Part shown: positions 8,247-16,868 of the stretch, in pieces
How positions within the stretch are numbered: position 1 is the stretch's first letter
Layout: each line of letters opens with the position of its first letter
From: an uncultured Candidatus Rokubacteria bacterium
GTDB taxonomy: Bacteria > Methylomirabilota > Methylomirabilia > Rokubacteriales > DASRDR01
Direction: 5' to 3'
Assembly (NCBI GenBank): GCA_963805625.1
Contig: CAWDVE010000003.1
Span: 1-24,771 of the forward strand
Length of the DNA: 24,771 nt
Translations under genes and position numbers: made by a program
The notes under the pieces: model-generated
Databases searched by the model: none
Seen by the model: only the letters and a program-made list of their open reading frames with translations
Told to the model about the DNA's origin: nothing

Positions 8247-8354
8247 CCACGACCCTACCAAGCCCCCGCCCGCGGCGCCAGACGGTTCCTTCCCACAGGG
8301 TCGCCGGATTGCCCGGGAACAGGGTGGGTCGGTACCCGCGCTTTCAGGAGCCCT

Positions 8355-8399
8355 TTCTTAATCGACAGGTCATCGGTGCAAGTCCGATGGTCGGCTCCA
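8355..8399 (+). mobile_element. 3' half of tRNA-Thr-like gene (att-type junction), degenerate
   Basis: TTCTTAA TCGAC AGGTC ATCGG TGCAAGT CCGAT GGTCGGC T CCA: T-stem pairs, T-loop one change from TTCAAGT, Thr-like acceptor end; 5' half absent. Confidence 0.7.
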
Positions 8400-8404
8400 G
8401 ATTT

Positions 8405-8560
8405 TCAGTCACTTCCACGTCGCTCCCATCCGTTGGATTTCGCCGTCATTTGGGTACCGTGCGCCTGGGATTCGACCGTGTCGAGCGCGTCGACCCAGTC
8501 CTTGTCCTTGCGTGGAGGCCAATGCGCGTACCACTGAAACGTCGCTGGGTGATCAGCGCT
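8405..8560 (-). pseudogene. C-terminal remnant of a tyrosine integrase
   Basis: ADHPATFQWYAHWPPRKDKDWVDALD resembles box II (GH..P.TT...YAHW.P.....VD.LD), putative catalytic Tyr at 8528-8530; frame stops at TGA 8405-8407 beside the tRNA fragment. Confidence 0.55.
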
Positions 8561-8645
8561 CCTGAGCGAGCAGCTCGGTCGCGAAACTTCGGAACCGAAG
8601 AGCCCGGCTTCCACTCGAGCCAGGCCCCGACGAGGGCCCGACGCC

Positions 8646-8674
8646 TTGACCGCTCCGGAGGCCGGGGCTAGACT
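8646..8674 (+). promoter_or_regulatory. Sigma70-type promoter of the ABC operon
   Basis: TTGACC (8646-8651), 17-bp spacer, TAGACT (8669-8674), about 40 bp before the start codon. Confidence 0.65.
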
Positions 8675-8714
8675 CGGGCCGTCCCAACCAGTCCTGCCAT
8701 ACCGGGAGGAAATG

Positions 8715-9824
8715 ATGATCGAGACGGACAATCGGATCGCGCGGCGGGATTTCCTCGTGGGAGCCGGCGTGGCGGGCGCCGCCTCGCTGCTGGCCACCCC
8801 GGGAGGACGGGCCGAGGCCCAGGCCGACATCTCCGGCGACCTGGTCGCCTGCGTGGCCGGCGGGGCGTGGGAGACGGCGTTCCGGGATCACATGGCCAAG
8901 CCGTTTTCCCAGAAGCACCCGGGTGTCAAGCTGCACCTGGACCTCACCGCCGGCACCGCGCAGCTCGCCAAGCTGCGGGCGGCCCGGACCAACAACCCGC
9001 CCTTCGACGTGGTGCTCATGCTGGACGAGCAGATGGACATCGCGATGCGCGAGGACCTGATCGATCCCTTCGACGCGCGGGAGGTCCCGAACGTCAAGGA
9101 CCTCTACACGGTCTCCACGCCGGCCAAGTGGCAGAAGGACGGCAAGTTCTACGCCGTCCACCAGAACTGGGGACAGCTCGGCATCATGTACCGGACCGAC
9201 AAGGTGAAGACGCCGCCCAAGGAGTGGCTCGACGTCTGGAAGCCCGAGTACAAGGGGCTGGTCGGCATGCCGCCCGTCAGCTACTCGGTCGGCCTCCAGT
9301 TTTTCGTGGCGACGATCCATGCACTCGGCGGCGACGAGAAGAACCCCGCCGACGTCGACCGGGCCTTCGAGAAGATGAAGGAGCTGAAGCCGAGCATCGT
9401 CCAGCAGCCGGCCGACGCCGGGGCCATCCAGCAACTCATCGAGCGGGGAGATATCGGGGTGGTGCCCCTCTGGGACGGCCGGGTTCACGCGCTGGCGGCC
9501 GCCGGCCTCCCCATCGCCTTCAGCTACCCCAACAAGCCGGGCCCGGTCGCCAGCGGCGCGCCGGTGGCGGTCGCCAGGGGGACGAAGAACCGGGCGGCCG
9601 CCCTTCGCTTCATCGACTTCCGTCTCGGCCTCGAGCCGCAGAAGGGCTTCTGCCAGCAGATGTGGTACGGGCCGTCGAACAAGCAGGTGAAGCTCGACCC
9701 GAAGTATGCTGCGAAGGTCGCCTACGGGACCGACCACTACGCCAAGCTTCTCGCCCCGAACTACGACGTCGTCAGCCAGAAGCTCGGCGAGTGGACGCAG
9801 CGCTGGGCCGCCATCTTCGCCTAG
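8715..9824 (+). CDS. ABC transporter substrate-binding protein, PotD/PotF-like, Tat-exported
   Basis: Twin-arginine signal ARRDFLVGAG; GGAWE, LGIMYRTDKV..PPKEWLDVW, YGPSNKQVKL; GGAGG upstream (alternative ATG 8712). Confidence 0.88.
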   Translation: MIETDNRIARRDFLVGAGVAGAASLLATPGGRAEAQADISGDLVACVAGGAWETAFRDHMAKPFSQKHPGVKLHLDLTAGTAQLAKLRAARTNNPPFDVVLMLDEQMDIAMREDLIDPFDAREVPNVKDLYTVSTPAKWQKDGKFYAVHQNWGQLGIMYRTDKVKTPPKEWLDVWKPEYKGLVGMPPVSYSVGLQFFVATIHALGGDEKNPADVDRAFEKMKELKPSIVQQPADAGAIQQLIERGDIGVVPLWDGRVHALAAAGLPIAFSYPNKPGPVASGAPVAVARGTKNRAAALRFIDFRLGLEPQKGFCQQMWYGPSNKQVKLDPKYAAKVAYGTDHYAKLLAPNYDVVSQKLGEWTQRWAAIFA

Positions 9825-9884
9825 TCCGGTCTCGAGCCCCGGCGGCCAGGCGCTGAGCCCGGCTGCCCGGGCCGTGGCCCGCGC

Positions 9885-11000
9885 GTGACGATCCCGGACG
9901 TCGACGTCCAGCTCCGCGGCGTCTCCATGGCGTACGGGCCCACCCCGGTGCTCCACGACGTGGACCTCGACGTCCACAAGGGGGAGCTGGTTTCCCTCCT
10001 CGGGCCGTCGGGCTGCGGCAAGACCACCACCCTCAACATCATCGCCGGCTTCCTCGAGCCCAGCCGGGGGACAGTGAGCCTGGGCGGGCGGATGGTGAAC
10101 AACGTCCCCCCATACCGGCGCAACACCGGGATGGTCTTCCAGAGCTACGCCCTGTTCCCCCACATGAACGTCTTCGACAACGTGGCCTTCGGCCTCCGGA
10201 TCCGCCGGCTTCAGACCGCCGAGACTGCCCGGCGGGTCGGGGAGGCGCTGGCGCTCGTGAGGCTGGAGTCGCTCGCCAACCGTCCGATCCGTCAACTCTC
10301 GGGCGGCCAGCAGCAGCGCGTCGCCATCGCTCGAGCCCTGGCCATCGACCCGCTGGTTCTGCTCATGGACGAGCCGCTGTCCAACCTCGACGCTCAGCTC
10401 AGACGCCAGATGCGGGTCGAGCTGCGGCGCCTGCAGCGCCAGGTCGGCATCACGACCATCTTCGTCACGCACGACCAGGAAGAGGCGCTGACGCTGTCCG
10501 ACCGCCTGGTCGTCATGAACCAGGGCCGGATCGAGCAGGTAGGCACGCCCGTAGAGCTCTACCGGAAGCCCCGGACCCCGTTCGTGGCGCAGTTCCTGGG
10601 CCACCCGAACTTCCTCTTCGGCGAGGTGGTCGGGGAGCGCGGCGGCGAGGTGGACGTGCGGGTGGGGCCGGCCGTCGTCCGGGCGACCTACGAGGGGACG
10701 CTGGCCACGGGGGCGGCGGTCAGCGTGGTGCTGCGGGCCGAGAGCGCGACGCTCGAACGGCCGCCGGTCGACCGGGCCGTGAACGCCCTCCCGGGCACGA
10801 TCGCCTACACGGTGTACCTGGGGACGAGCGCGGAGTACGAGGTGCGGCTGGCTGCCGGGCCTGCGGTGCGGGTCGTCGAGCAGATCGCCAGCGGCATGCC
10901 GTCGTTCGGGGACGGCGAAGCCGTGGTCGTGACCTGGGCGCCCGAGGACGCGATCGTGCTGCCGGGATCACGCGAGACGCTGGTCGGGATCGTTCCGTGA
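9885..11000 (+). CDS. ABC transporter ATP-binding protein, PotA-like
   Basis: [40 protein letters not shown]-like C-terminus. Confidence 0.93.
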   Translation: MTIPDVDVQLRGVSMAYGPTPVLHDVDLDVHKGELVSLLGPSGCGKTTTLNIIAGFLEPSRGTVSLGGRMVNNVPPYRRNTGMVFQSYALFPHMNVFDNVAFGLRIRRLQTAETARRVGEALALVRLESLANRPIRQLSGGQQQRVAIARALAIDPLVLLMDEPLSNLDAQLRRQMRVELRRLQRQVGITTIFVTHDQEEALTLSDRLVVMNQGRIEQVGTPVELYRKPRTPFVAQFLGHPNFLFGEVVGERGGEVDVRVGPAVVRATYEGTLATGAAVSVVLRAESATLERPPVDRAVNALPGTIAYTVYLGTSAEYEVRLAAGPAVRVVEQIASGMPSFGDGEAVVVTWAPEDAIVLPGSRETLVGIVP

Positions 11001-11863
11001 CCGCCCGGTGGCGGGAGCGGGTGACGGCGGGCGTTCTCCTGAGCCCAGCCGTCGTGCTGCTCGTCCTGTTCTTCATGGTCCCCTCGGTCGACCTCTTCCG
11101 GCTGAGCCTGGCCTGGGTGGATCCCCAGCTCGCGATCCATGACGACGCCTCGCTGGTGAACTACCGAACCTTCGCGACGAGCCCCTACTTCCACCGCATG
11201 GTGTGGGGCAGCGTCAAGCTGACGCTCTGGACCACGGGCGCCTGCCTGCTCCTCGGCTACCCCGCCGCTTACTACATGGTTCACGTGCGCTCGCCGATGT
11301 ACCGGACCCTGCTCTACGCCATCGTCGTCTCGCCGCTCCTCATCAGCGTCATCGTCCGGACCTACGGCTGGGTCGTCCTCCTGGCCAACAATGGGGTCGT
11401 GAACGGCACGCTGGTCGCCCTCGGGCTGGTCGACCGGCCGCTCCGCATGCTCGGGACGTTCGGCTCGGTGGTCGTCGCCACCGTCCACGTGCTGCTGCCA
11501 TTCATGATGCTGCCAATTGCCAGCGCCCTCCAGGCGCTCGACCCGGTCCTGGAGCGGGCGGCCCAGAGCCTGGGGGCCACGCCGCTTCAGACGTTCTGGC
11601 GGGTGATCCTCCCGCTCAGCATGCCGGGCGTGCTGGCCGGGACGAGCCTGGTGATTGCGCTCACGCTCGGCATCTACATCACGCCGCTGCTGGTGGCCGG
11701 TCCGCTCCAGCCGCTTCTCGCCATCGGCATCTACTACGTCACGCTCAACCAGCTCAACTTCCCGCTCGGCGCGGCGCTGTCCTTCATCCTGCTGACCTTC
11801 ACGCTCGGCGTGATCGCGCTGGCCGGCCGGCTGCTCCGCACGGTGAGGGGAAGCGTCGGCTGA
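10997..11863 (+). CDS. ABC transporter permease, PotB-like
   Basis: LLGYPAAY, VIVRTYGW, EAA loop LERAAQSLGA; GTGA overlap with the ATPase gene. Confidence 0.9.
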   Translation: MTARWRERVTAGVLLSPAVVLLVLFFMVPSVDLFRLSLAWVDPQLAIHDDASLVNYRTFATSPYFHRMVWGSVKLTLWTTGACLLLGYPAAYYMVHVRSPMYRTLLYAIVVSPLLISVIVRTYGWVVLLANNGVVNGTLVALGLVDRPLRMLGTFGSVVVATVHVLLPFMMLPIASALQALDPVLERAAQSLGATPLQTFWRVILPLSMPGVLAGTSLVIALTLGIYITPLLVAGPLQPLLAIGIYYVTLNQLNFPLGAALSFILLTFTLGVIALAGRLLRTVRGSVG

Positions 11864-12654
11864 TGAGGCGGCGGCCCGGTCTCGCGAGGGCGGCGAACGC
11901 TTTCAGCGTGCTGGTCTACGTCTTCCTGCTGGCGCCGCTCGTCGTCGTCGTGCTCGCTTCGTTCAACGCCGCCGACTACCTGTCGTTCCCGCCACGCGGC
12001 TTCTCCCTGCGCTGGTACCGGGCGCTGTGGGAGAGCGAGGTCTGGGTGGAGTCGTTCCGCCTCTCCCTGCTCCTGACTGCGGTGGTCACGCCGCTCTCGC
12101 TGGCGATGGGGACCCTGGCCGCCTACGCCCTCGGCCGGTATACGTTCCCCGGAAAGGGTCTGGTCACCACGCTCGTCATGGCGCCCCTGGTCATGCCCCA
12201 GATCATCGTGGGGATCGCGCTCCTCAACTATTTCAGCGCCCTGGGGCTCATCAACACGCTGACCGGGCTGGTCCTCGGGCACCTGGTCGTCACGCTTCCG
12301 TACACGGTGCGCCTGGTCTCGATCAGCGTGCACAACCTCGACCCGGCGCTGGAGCGGGCAGCCCAGAACCTGGGGGCGACGCCGCTCCAGACCTTCCGCC
12401 GGGTGACGCTGCCGCTTCTGCGTCCGGGGCTGGTGGCCGGCGCCATCTTCGCCGCGATCATCTCCTTCGGCGAGCTGGCGGTCACGCTCCTGATCGCTGG
12501 GGCTCGCACCACCACGCTGCCGATGCGGATCTTCAACTACACCGAGTACAACTTCGACCCGGCCATCAACGCGGTGTCGACGATATTCGTCGTGCTGGCG
12601 CTGGTGCTGATCGTCGTCCTCGACCGACTGATTGGCCTCGTCCGGATCGGTTGA
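11863..12654 (+). CDS. ABC transporter permease, PotC-like
   Basis: LSFPPRGFSLRWY, LERAAQNLGA, ISFGE, TTLP; TGATG overlap at 11861-11865. Confidence 0.9.
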   Translation: MRRRPGLARAANAFSVLVYVFLLAPLVVVVLASFNAADYLSFPPRGFSLRWYRALWESEVWVESFRLSLLLTAVVTPLSLAMGTLAAYALGRYTFPGKGLVTTLVMAPLVMPQIIVGIALLNYFSALGLINTLTGLVLGHLVVTLPYTVRLVSISVHNLDPALERAAQNLGATPLQTFRRVTLPLLRPGLVAGAIFAAIISFGELAVTLLIAGARTTTLPMRIFNYTEYNFDPAINAVSTIFVVLALVLIVVLDRLIGLVRIG

Positions 12655-12666
12655 CCCCTGTCGGTA

Positions 12667-13449
12667 TCAGGGCCGAGGAGTGCTGAGCGGGAGGTTCGTC
12701 CGGCCGGCCGCGCTGCCGCCGTTGATCCCGAACACCTCGCCGGTGACCCATTCGGCATAGGGGGAGGCGAGGAACAGGGCGGCGTGCGCGATGTCCCGGG
12801 GCGCGCCGATCCGGCCCCACGGGATGCTGCGGACGAGGGCGTCCACGTATTCGCGGGAGAGCGGGGAGACCTCGCCCTCGACCTCGATGAGGCCGGGGGC
12901 GATGGAGTTGACGTTGATCCGGTGCGGAGCCAGCTCGAGGGCCAGCACCCGGGTGAACAAGACGACCGCGGCCTTGGAGGCACAGTAGTGGGCGGCGCCC
13001 AGCCGCCCACTCTGGGCGGCTCCCGACGAGAGGGTGATGATCTTGCCTCCCGCCCCGCGTGCCACCATGCTGCGGGCCGCGGCCTGGCAGGTGAGGAAGA
13101 CGCCCCGGGCGTTCGTCTCCATGACGCGGTCCCACTCTTCCTGTGACATCTCGAGGACCGGCGTATTGGGATAGATCCCGGCATTGGCGACCGCGATGGT
13201 GACGGGTCCGAGGGTGCGCTCCGCCGCGCCGAAGAAGGCGGCCACCGACGCCGCGTCGCGGACGTCTACCGCCCCCGCGAAGATGCCCTTCTCCGCGCCC
13301 AGTCGGGAGGCCGCCCGGCGGACCGCCGCCTCGCGCACATCGCCGAGGGCGATGCGCGCACCTGCCTCATGGAAGGCCTGGGCGATGCCGAAGCCGATGC
13401 CGGCGCCGGCGCCCGTGACGAGAACCACGTCCTTTCCGAAGTCGAACAT
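12667..13449 (-). CDS. SDR family NAD(P)-dependent oxidoreductase (FabG-like)
   Basis: TGAGAGIG, ANAGI, YCASK, VNSIAPG; GGAGG before ATG 13449. Confidence 0.92.
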   Translation of the reverse strand: MFDFGKDVVLVTGAGAGIGFGIAQAFHEAGARIALGDVREAAVRRAASRLGAEKGIFAGAVDVRDAASVAAFFGAAERTLGPVTIAVANAGIYPNTPVLEMSQEEWDRVMETNARGVFLTCQAAARSMVARGAGGKIITLSSGAAQSGRLGAAHYCASKAAVVLFTRVLALELAPHRINVNSIAPGLIEVEGEVSPLSREYVDALVRSIPWGRIGAPRDIAHAALFLASPYAEWVTGEVFGINGGSAAGRTNLPLSTPRP

Positions 13450-13546
13450 GCTCGGGCAACCTCCGTCCTCGACCGCTGATGGCCAAAGTCTACTTCGTGC
13501 CTCGGCAGGATACCCCATCTGTGTCCAACTCAACCGGGGAGCACTC

Positions 13547-13636
13547 CAGGCCCTTCAGAAACCCCAGTCGTTCGTCTCGAAGTGTGAGTTGGGGAAGCGG
13601 CGGGTGGACGTGATCGAGCTTGAGGAGTTCGCTAGA
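13547..13636 (+). pseudogene. XRE-family HTH regulator fragment
   Basis: ALQKPQSFVSKCELGKRRVDVIELEEFAR matches the XRE pattern L.KPQSFVSK.E.GERR.D..EL; no start codon or N-terminal helices. Confidence 0.7.
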
Positions 13637-13698
13637 TCGGTCCCCAGCACCACCATCAGGACGGGCACGAGGGCAGACACCGGCGCCCTCAGGAACAC

Positions 13699-13720
13699 GC
13701 GAGACTGGTGCGAGACTGGT
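13699..13720. repeat. Perfect 11-bp tandem repeat GCGAGACTGGT x2
   Basis: 13699-13709 and 13710-13720, 13 bp before the SGNH start. Confidence 0.75.
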
Positions 13721-13733
13721 TAAGGGACGGAAC

Positions 13734-14738
13734 ATGGGCATAGTGGCGCGCGTGACCATGGTGGGCTGCGGTTTAGCGATGGGGCTTCTCATTTCGGAAT
13801 GTCTCTTTCGATTCGTCGATATCGCGCCACAGATCGAGGTCATGTCTTCCCAGGCGTACAAGTATTCCGATAACCCCAAGATAGGATGGGAGCCGCTACC
13901 TCTTGCTGAACGAAGAACATCCAGAGTCGGAATCAATGATCTGGGATATCGGGATGTGAATCACCCGGTTTCCAAGCCTCCGGGTGTTCTGCGTATTATC
14001 GTGATCGGCGATAGCATCGCCCAGGGAACAGGGATCAAACACGAGAAAGCGATTTTCCCGCGCCTGCTTGAAATGAACCTTCGATTGAAGGGTGTTCCCG
14101 CAGAGGTGCAGAATTTCGGGGTCCCAGGTTACAACACGCAACAGGAAGTGGAGACGTTGCTAACAAAGGGGCTCGCGTATTCACCCGACATTGTGATCTT
14201 GTCCTACTGTTTGAATGATCGGTCCTTTGAAGCGGGTCGAATGCCTTATGCAATGGCGAGAAGCGCGTTACAGAAAAGGGCCGCCGATGATTCGAAGAGA
14301 CTGCGATGGCTCGCCAAGAGCGCACTATTCCGGTACTTGTACTTCGGATTGCTTTTCAAGCCTGCGAGTGCTAACGATGAAATTGAGAAGCGCTTTGGCG
14401 GCGTGTTCGCGGATACCGTGAAGCAAAGTTTCGAGCGGCTGGCCGAACTTTCACGAACACACGGTTTTAGGGTCATCGTTAGCGTATTCCCCTTGTTTCG
14501 AAAGAAGAAGGCCGAGGATTTTGAAGGCTATTCCTTTCAATCGGAACATGCATACGTTCGCACACTGTCGGAAGAGAATAGTTTTGTTCATCTAGATTTG
14601 TTGGCGGCTTTTCAAGCCTGTGCCAAAGAAGGACCGGTTGCGATTGACGTCTATCATCCGAATGAGCATGGACATCGGTGCGCTGCCGAGACACTCGCAA
14701 GACAGGTCGAACGCATGCACCAGATGGTCCGAAACTAG
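13734..14738 (+). CDS. SGNH/GDSL hydrolase family protein with N-terminal membrane anchor
   Basis: Blocks IGDSIAQG, NFGVPGYNT, YCLND, DVYHPNEHGH; visibly more AT-rich than neighbours. Confidence 0.9.
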   Translation: MGIVARVTMVGCGLAMGLLISECLFRFVDIAPQIEVMSSQAYKYSDNPKIGWEPLPLAERRTSRVGINDLGYRDVNHPVSKPPGVLRIIVIGDSIAQGTGIKHEKAIFPRLLEMNLRLKGVPAEVQNFGVPGYNTQQEVETLLTKGLAYSPDIVILSYCLNDRSFEAGRMPYAMARSALQKRAADDSKRLRWLAKSALFRYLYFGLLFKPASANDEIEKRFGGVFADTVKQSFERLAELSRTHGFRVIVSVFPLFRKKKAEDFEGYSFQSEHAYVRTLSEENSFVHLDLLAAFQACAKEGPVAIDVYHPNEHGHRCAAETLARQVERMHQMVRN

Positions 14739-14844
14739 AGCACACCAAGGCGAAAGTCTTGACCCGAGGTCGGCCGGGGCGCTGACCAACCGGATGCGTC
14801 GCGTCACCTCGGCGGTGGCGGCGGCGTCATCCCCTTGTCATCGG

Positions 14845-16047
14845 TCAGCGGGGAGTGGACCGGCCCTCGTGCAACGCCAGGGCGGCGTCGGCCTCCATCG
14901 GGCGGCCGAGGAGAAAGCCCTGGATGAGATCGCATCCGAGCGCGACCACCGTGTCTCGCTCGCCGGGCGTCTCGATCCCTTCGGCCACCACCATGATGCC
15001 GAACTCCTTACAGAGCGTCGCCATGGAAGCGATGACGCGCTGCTTGACCGGCTCGCTATCGGCTCCGCGCACCAGCGACATGTCGAGCTTCACGACGTGC
15101 GGGTTCAGTGCGGCGAAGCTGGTGAGCCCGGCGTACCCCGCCCCGAGGTCGTCCACCGCCAGGCGGTAGCCCAGGCGCCGGAGGAGCGAGACGCGCGCCC
15201 GGAGGTTGGGCACGTGCTCGAACGAGCTCCGCTCCGTGAGCTCCAGCACGACCGACCGCGCATGGCCCGAGAGGGCCGCCGCGGGCGACAGGAGGGCGTC
15301 GTCGGTCAGCTCCTGCGCGTGGACGTTCACGAACAAGGTCAGCGCAGGCGCTCGGGCCAGGAACGCCGCCGCGCGGTCCCGGACCATGCCTCCGACCTCG
15401 TGCACCCGTCCCAGGCGTTCCGCCGCCTCGAACAGGGCGCCCGGATGGGGGATACTGGGCTCGTCCGTGCGGGTCAGCGCCTCGTACCCGAAGACGGTGC
15501 CGTCCCCCGCGCGCAGGATGGGCTGGAAGACCAGGCGCAGCGTGGCCACCGCGTGGCCGAATCGGTTCTCGAGGCCTGCGCGGTCGGTCGGCAGCCGGTC
15601 CTCCAGCCCGATGGCGGCCAGCGCCTCGCGCTTGAGGCGCGCCATCCGGTGCAGGCGGGCCGCGTCCTCCACTGCCGACAGGAGGTCCCGCTCCCGCAGG
15701 GGCTTCTGGAGGTAGCGGAGGGCGCCGTGCTCCAGCGCCTCCACGGCCGTGTCCACCCGCGGATGCCCGGTGATCAGCAGCACGGGCACGTCGAGATCGC
15801 GCGCCCGGATCTCCCGGAGGAGCTGGACGCCGTTGATGCCTGGCATGTCGATATCCGAGAGGACGACCTCGTAGCGCTGGGCGTCGACGAGGCCGAGCGC
15901 CTCGCGTCCATCGGCCGCGGTGTCGACTTGCCAGCCGGCCTCGGTCAGCATGGTCGCGAGCACCTCGAGCAACGAGCGCTCGTCGTCCACCACCAGCACC
16001 CGCCCGCGGGAGCTGGCGACCACCGCGTCAGCGTCCGAGCTCCCCAT
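14845..16047 (-). CDS. Response regulator receiver + EAL domain (c-di-GMP phosphodiesterase)
   Basis: VLVVDDE, LSDIDMPG, YLQKP; FQPI, YEAL, FVNV, LELTE, DDLGAGY, KLD, AEGIE, IQGF all present. Confidence 0.92.
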   Translation of the reverse strand: MGSSDADAVVASSRGRVLVVDDERSLLEVLATMLTEAGWQVDTAADGREALGLVDAQRYEVVLSDIDMPGINGVQLLREIRARDLDVPVLLITGHPRVDTAVEALEHGALRYLQKPLRERDLLSAVEDAARLHRMARLKREALAAIGLEDRLPTDRAGLENRFGHAVATLRLVFQPILRAGDGTVFGYEALTRTDEPSIPHPGALFEAAERLGRVHEVGGMVRDRAAAFLARAPALTLFVNVHAQELTDDALLSPAAALSGHARSVVLELTERSSFEHVPNLRARVSLLRRLGYRLAVDDLGAGYAGLTSFAALNPHVVKLDMSLVRGADSEPVKQRVIASMATLCKEFGIMVVAEGIETPGERDTVVALGCDLIQGFLLGRPMEADAALALHEGRSTPR

Positions 16048-16058
16048 GAGGCGCTCTT

Positions 16059-16445
16059 TCAGTGGACGGCCAGGCGAATGGCGCTGCCCGGCTCGACGAG
16101 CGCGCCGAGGTCGAGCACCCGGCCGCAGGCCAAGGTCAACCGGTGGTGCGTGAGCGGCACCGCGCGGAGTCGGAGCTCGGGCAGGGGGGCGCTCGGAGCC
16201 CGGTTCACGATCAGCCCGTCCTCGATCGCCCACGTGCCCACGGGCCCGAGCGGCGGCAGTCCCGGGCCGACGCTCGGGAAGGCGGTCCCGACCAGGCGGA
16301 GGGCATGGTCACCCTCGACACGAAGCGTTGCGTGCACGGGCCGGCCCTCCGTCGAGTGGACGTATGCGAGGCTGATGAGCGCGCCCGGCTCGACACGCTC
16401 CCGCACCGGGACGCGGCCCCGGTCCAGGTCCGTGACGGTCAGCAC
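16059..16445 (-). CDS. DUF1850-like protein (TAXI-TRAP associated); start uncertain
   Basis: LAYVHSTEGRPV...FPSVGPGLP; GAGGAG before GTG 16445, but the frame is open upstream through RRVLGVALLAAGC. Confidence 0.6.
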   Translation of the reverse strand: MLTVTDLDRGRVPVRERVEPGALISLAYVHSTEGRPVHATLRVEGDHALRLVGTAFPSVGPGLPPLGPVGTWAIEDGLIVNRAPSAPLPELRLRAVPLTHHRLTLACGRVLDLGALVEPGSAIRLAVH

Positions 16446-16512
16446 AAGACCGCGCTCCTCGCCCTCAGTTGCAGCGCAGCCGGCGGCGAGAAGGGCGACC
16501 CCGAGGACGCGC

Positions 16513-16690
16513 CTACTGCTGGATGTTGCGCTCGCGGTAGAGCCGGAGAGCGCCCGGGTGGACAGGGACCGTGACGACGCGCAACACCGTGTCGGTGGTC
16601 AGGCTACTCGCCGCCGGTGTGCCGCACGGAGCGCCGGGATGTTGTCGATGAGGGCCTTTGTCGGTCCGTAGATCGCCCCTTCCTCAGCGT
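16513..16690 (-). pseudogene. C-terminal remnant of a TAXI-family TRAP solute receptor
   Basis: [23 protein letters not shown], frameshift near 16617, then [34 protein letters not shown]; matches the TAXI tail Y..TKA..EN...L...HPA......P.HPGA..YY.E. Confidence 0.7.
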
Positions 16691-16808
16691 TGTCGGTGGT
16701 CAGACGGACCCCCCGTCGGCCGGCCCACATGCTACCACGGGCGCCTCTGCCGGGGGCCTGTGTCAAGGGGAGCGTCGGCGCCCCACGCCAAGGATCGATT
16801 ATCCTCTA

Positions 16809-16839
16809 GGCGAGCCAGCAAATGGGCGAGCCAGCAAAT
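16809..16839. repeat. Perfect 15-bp direct repeat GGCGAGCCAGCAAAT x2 (16-bp period)
   Basis: 16809-16823 and 16825-16839, upstream of the fumarase RBS. Confidence 0.85.
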
Positions 16840-16868
16840 TTGCCAGACCAGCACGCCAGGAGGACCCC

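Noticed and set aside
8325-8399. Complete tRNA-Lys(CTT) or cobalamin riboswitch (cggtgcaagtccg)
   Set aside because: No 5' half pairs with TCGAC or GGTCGGC; riboswitch flanking motifs are absent and the CCA-ended tRNA fragment explains it better
8553-10604. 683-aa minus-strand ORF (and similar long ORFs such as 14620-16671, 1326-3011, 18826-20385, 20925-22466)
   Set aside because: Shadow frames of real high-GC genes; no motifs and atypical composition
8715-12654. Assigning potABCD symbols or spermidine specificity
   Set aside because: Family is clear but the substrate cannot be read from sequence
16728-16766. Minus-strand promoter TTGACA...TAGCAT
   Set aside because: Spacing far exceeds 17 bp; only an extended -10 remains, too weak to call
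337-16839. CRISPR array
   Set aside because: All repeats are two-copy tandem pairs without spacers; no cas genes
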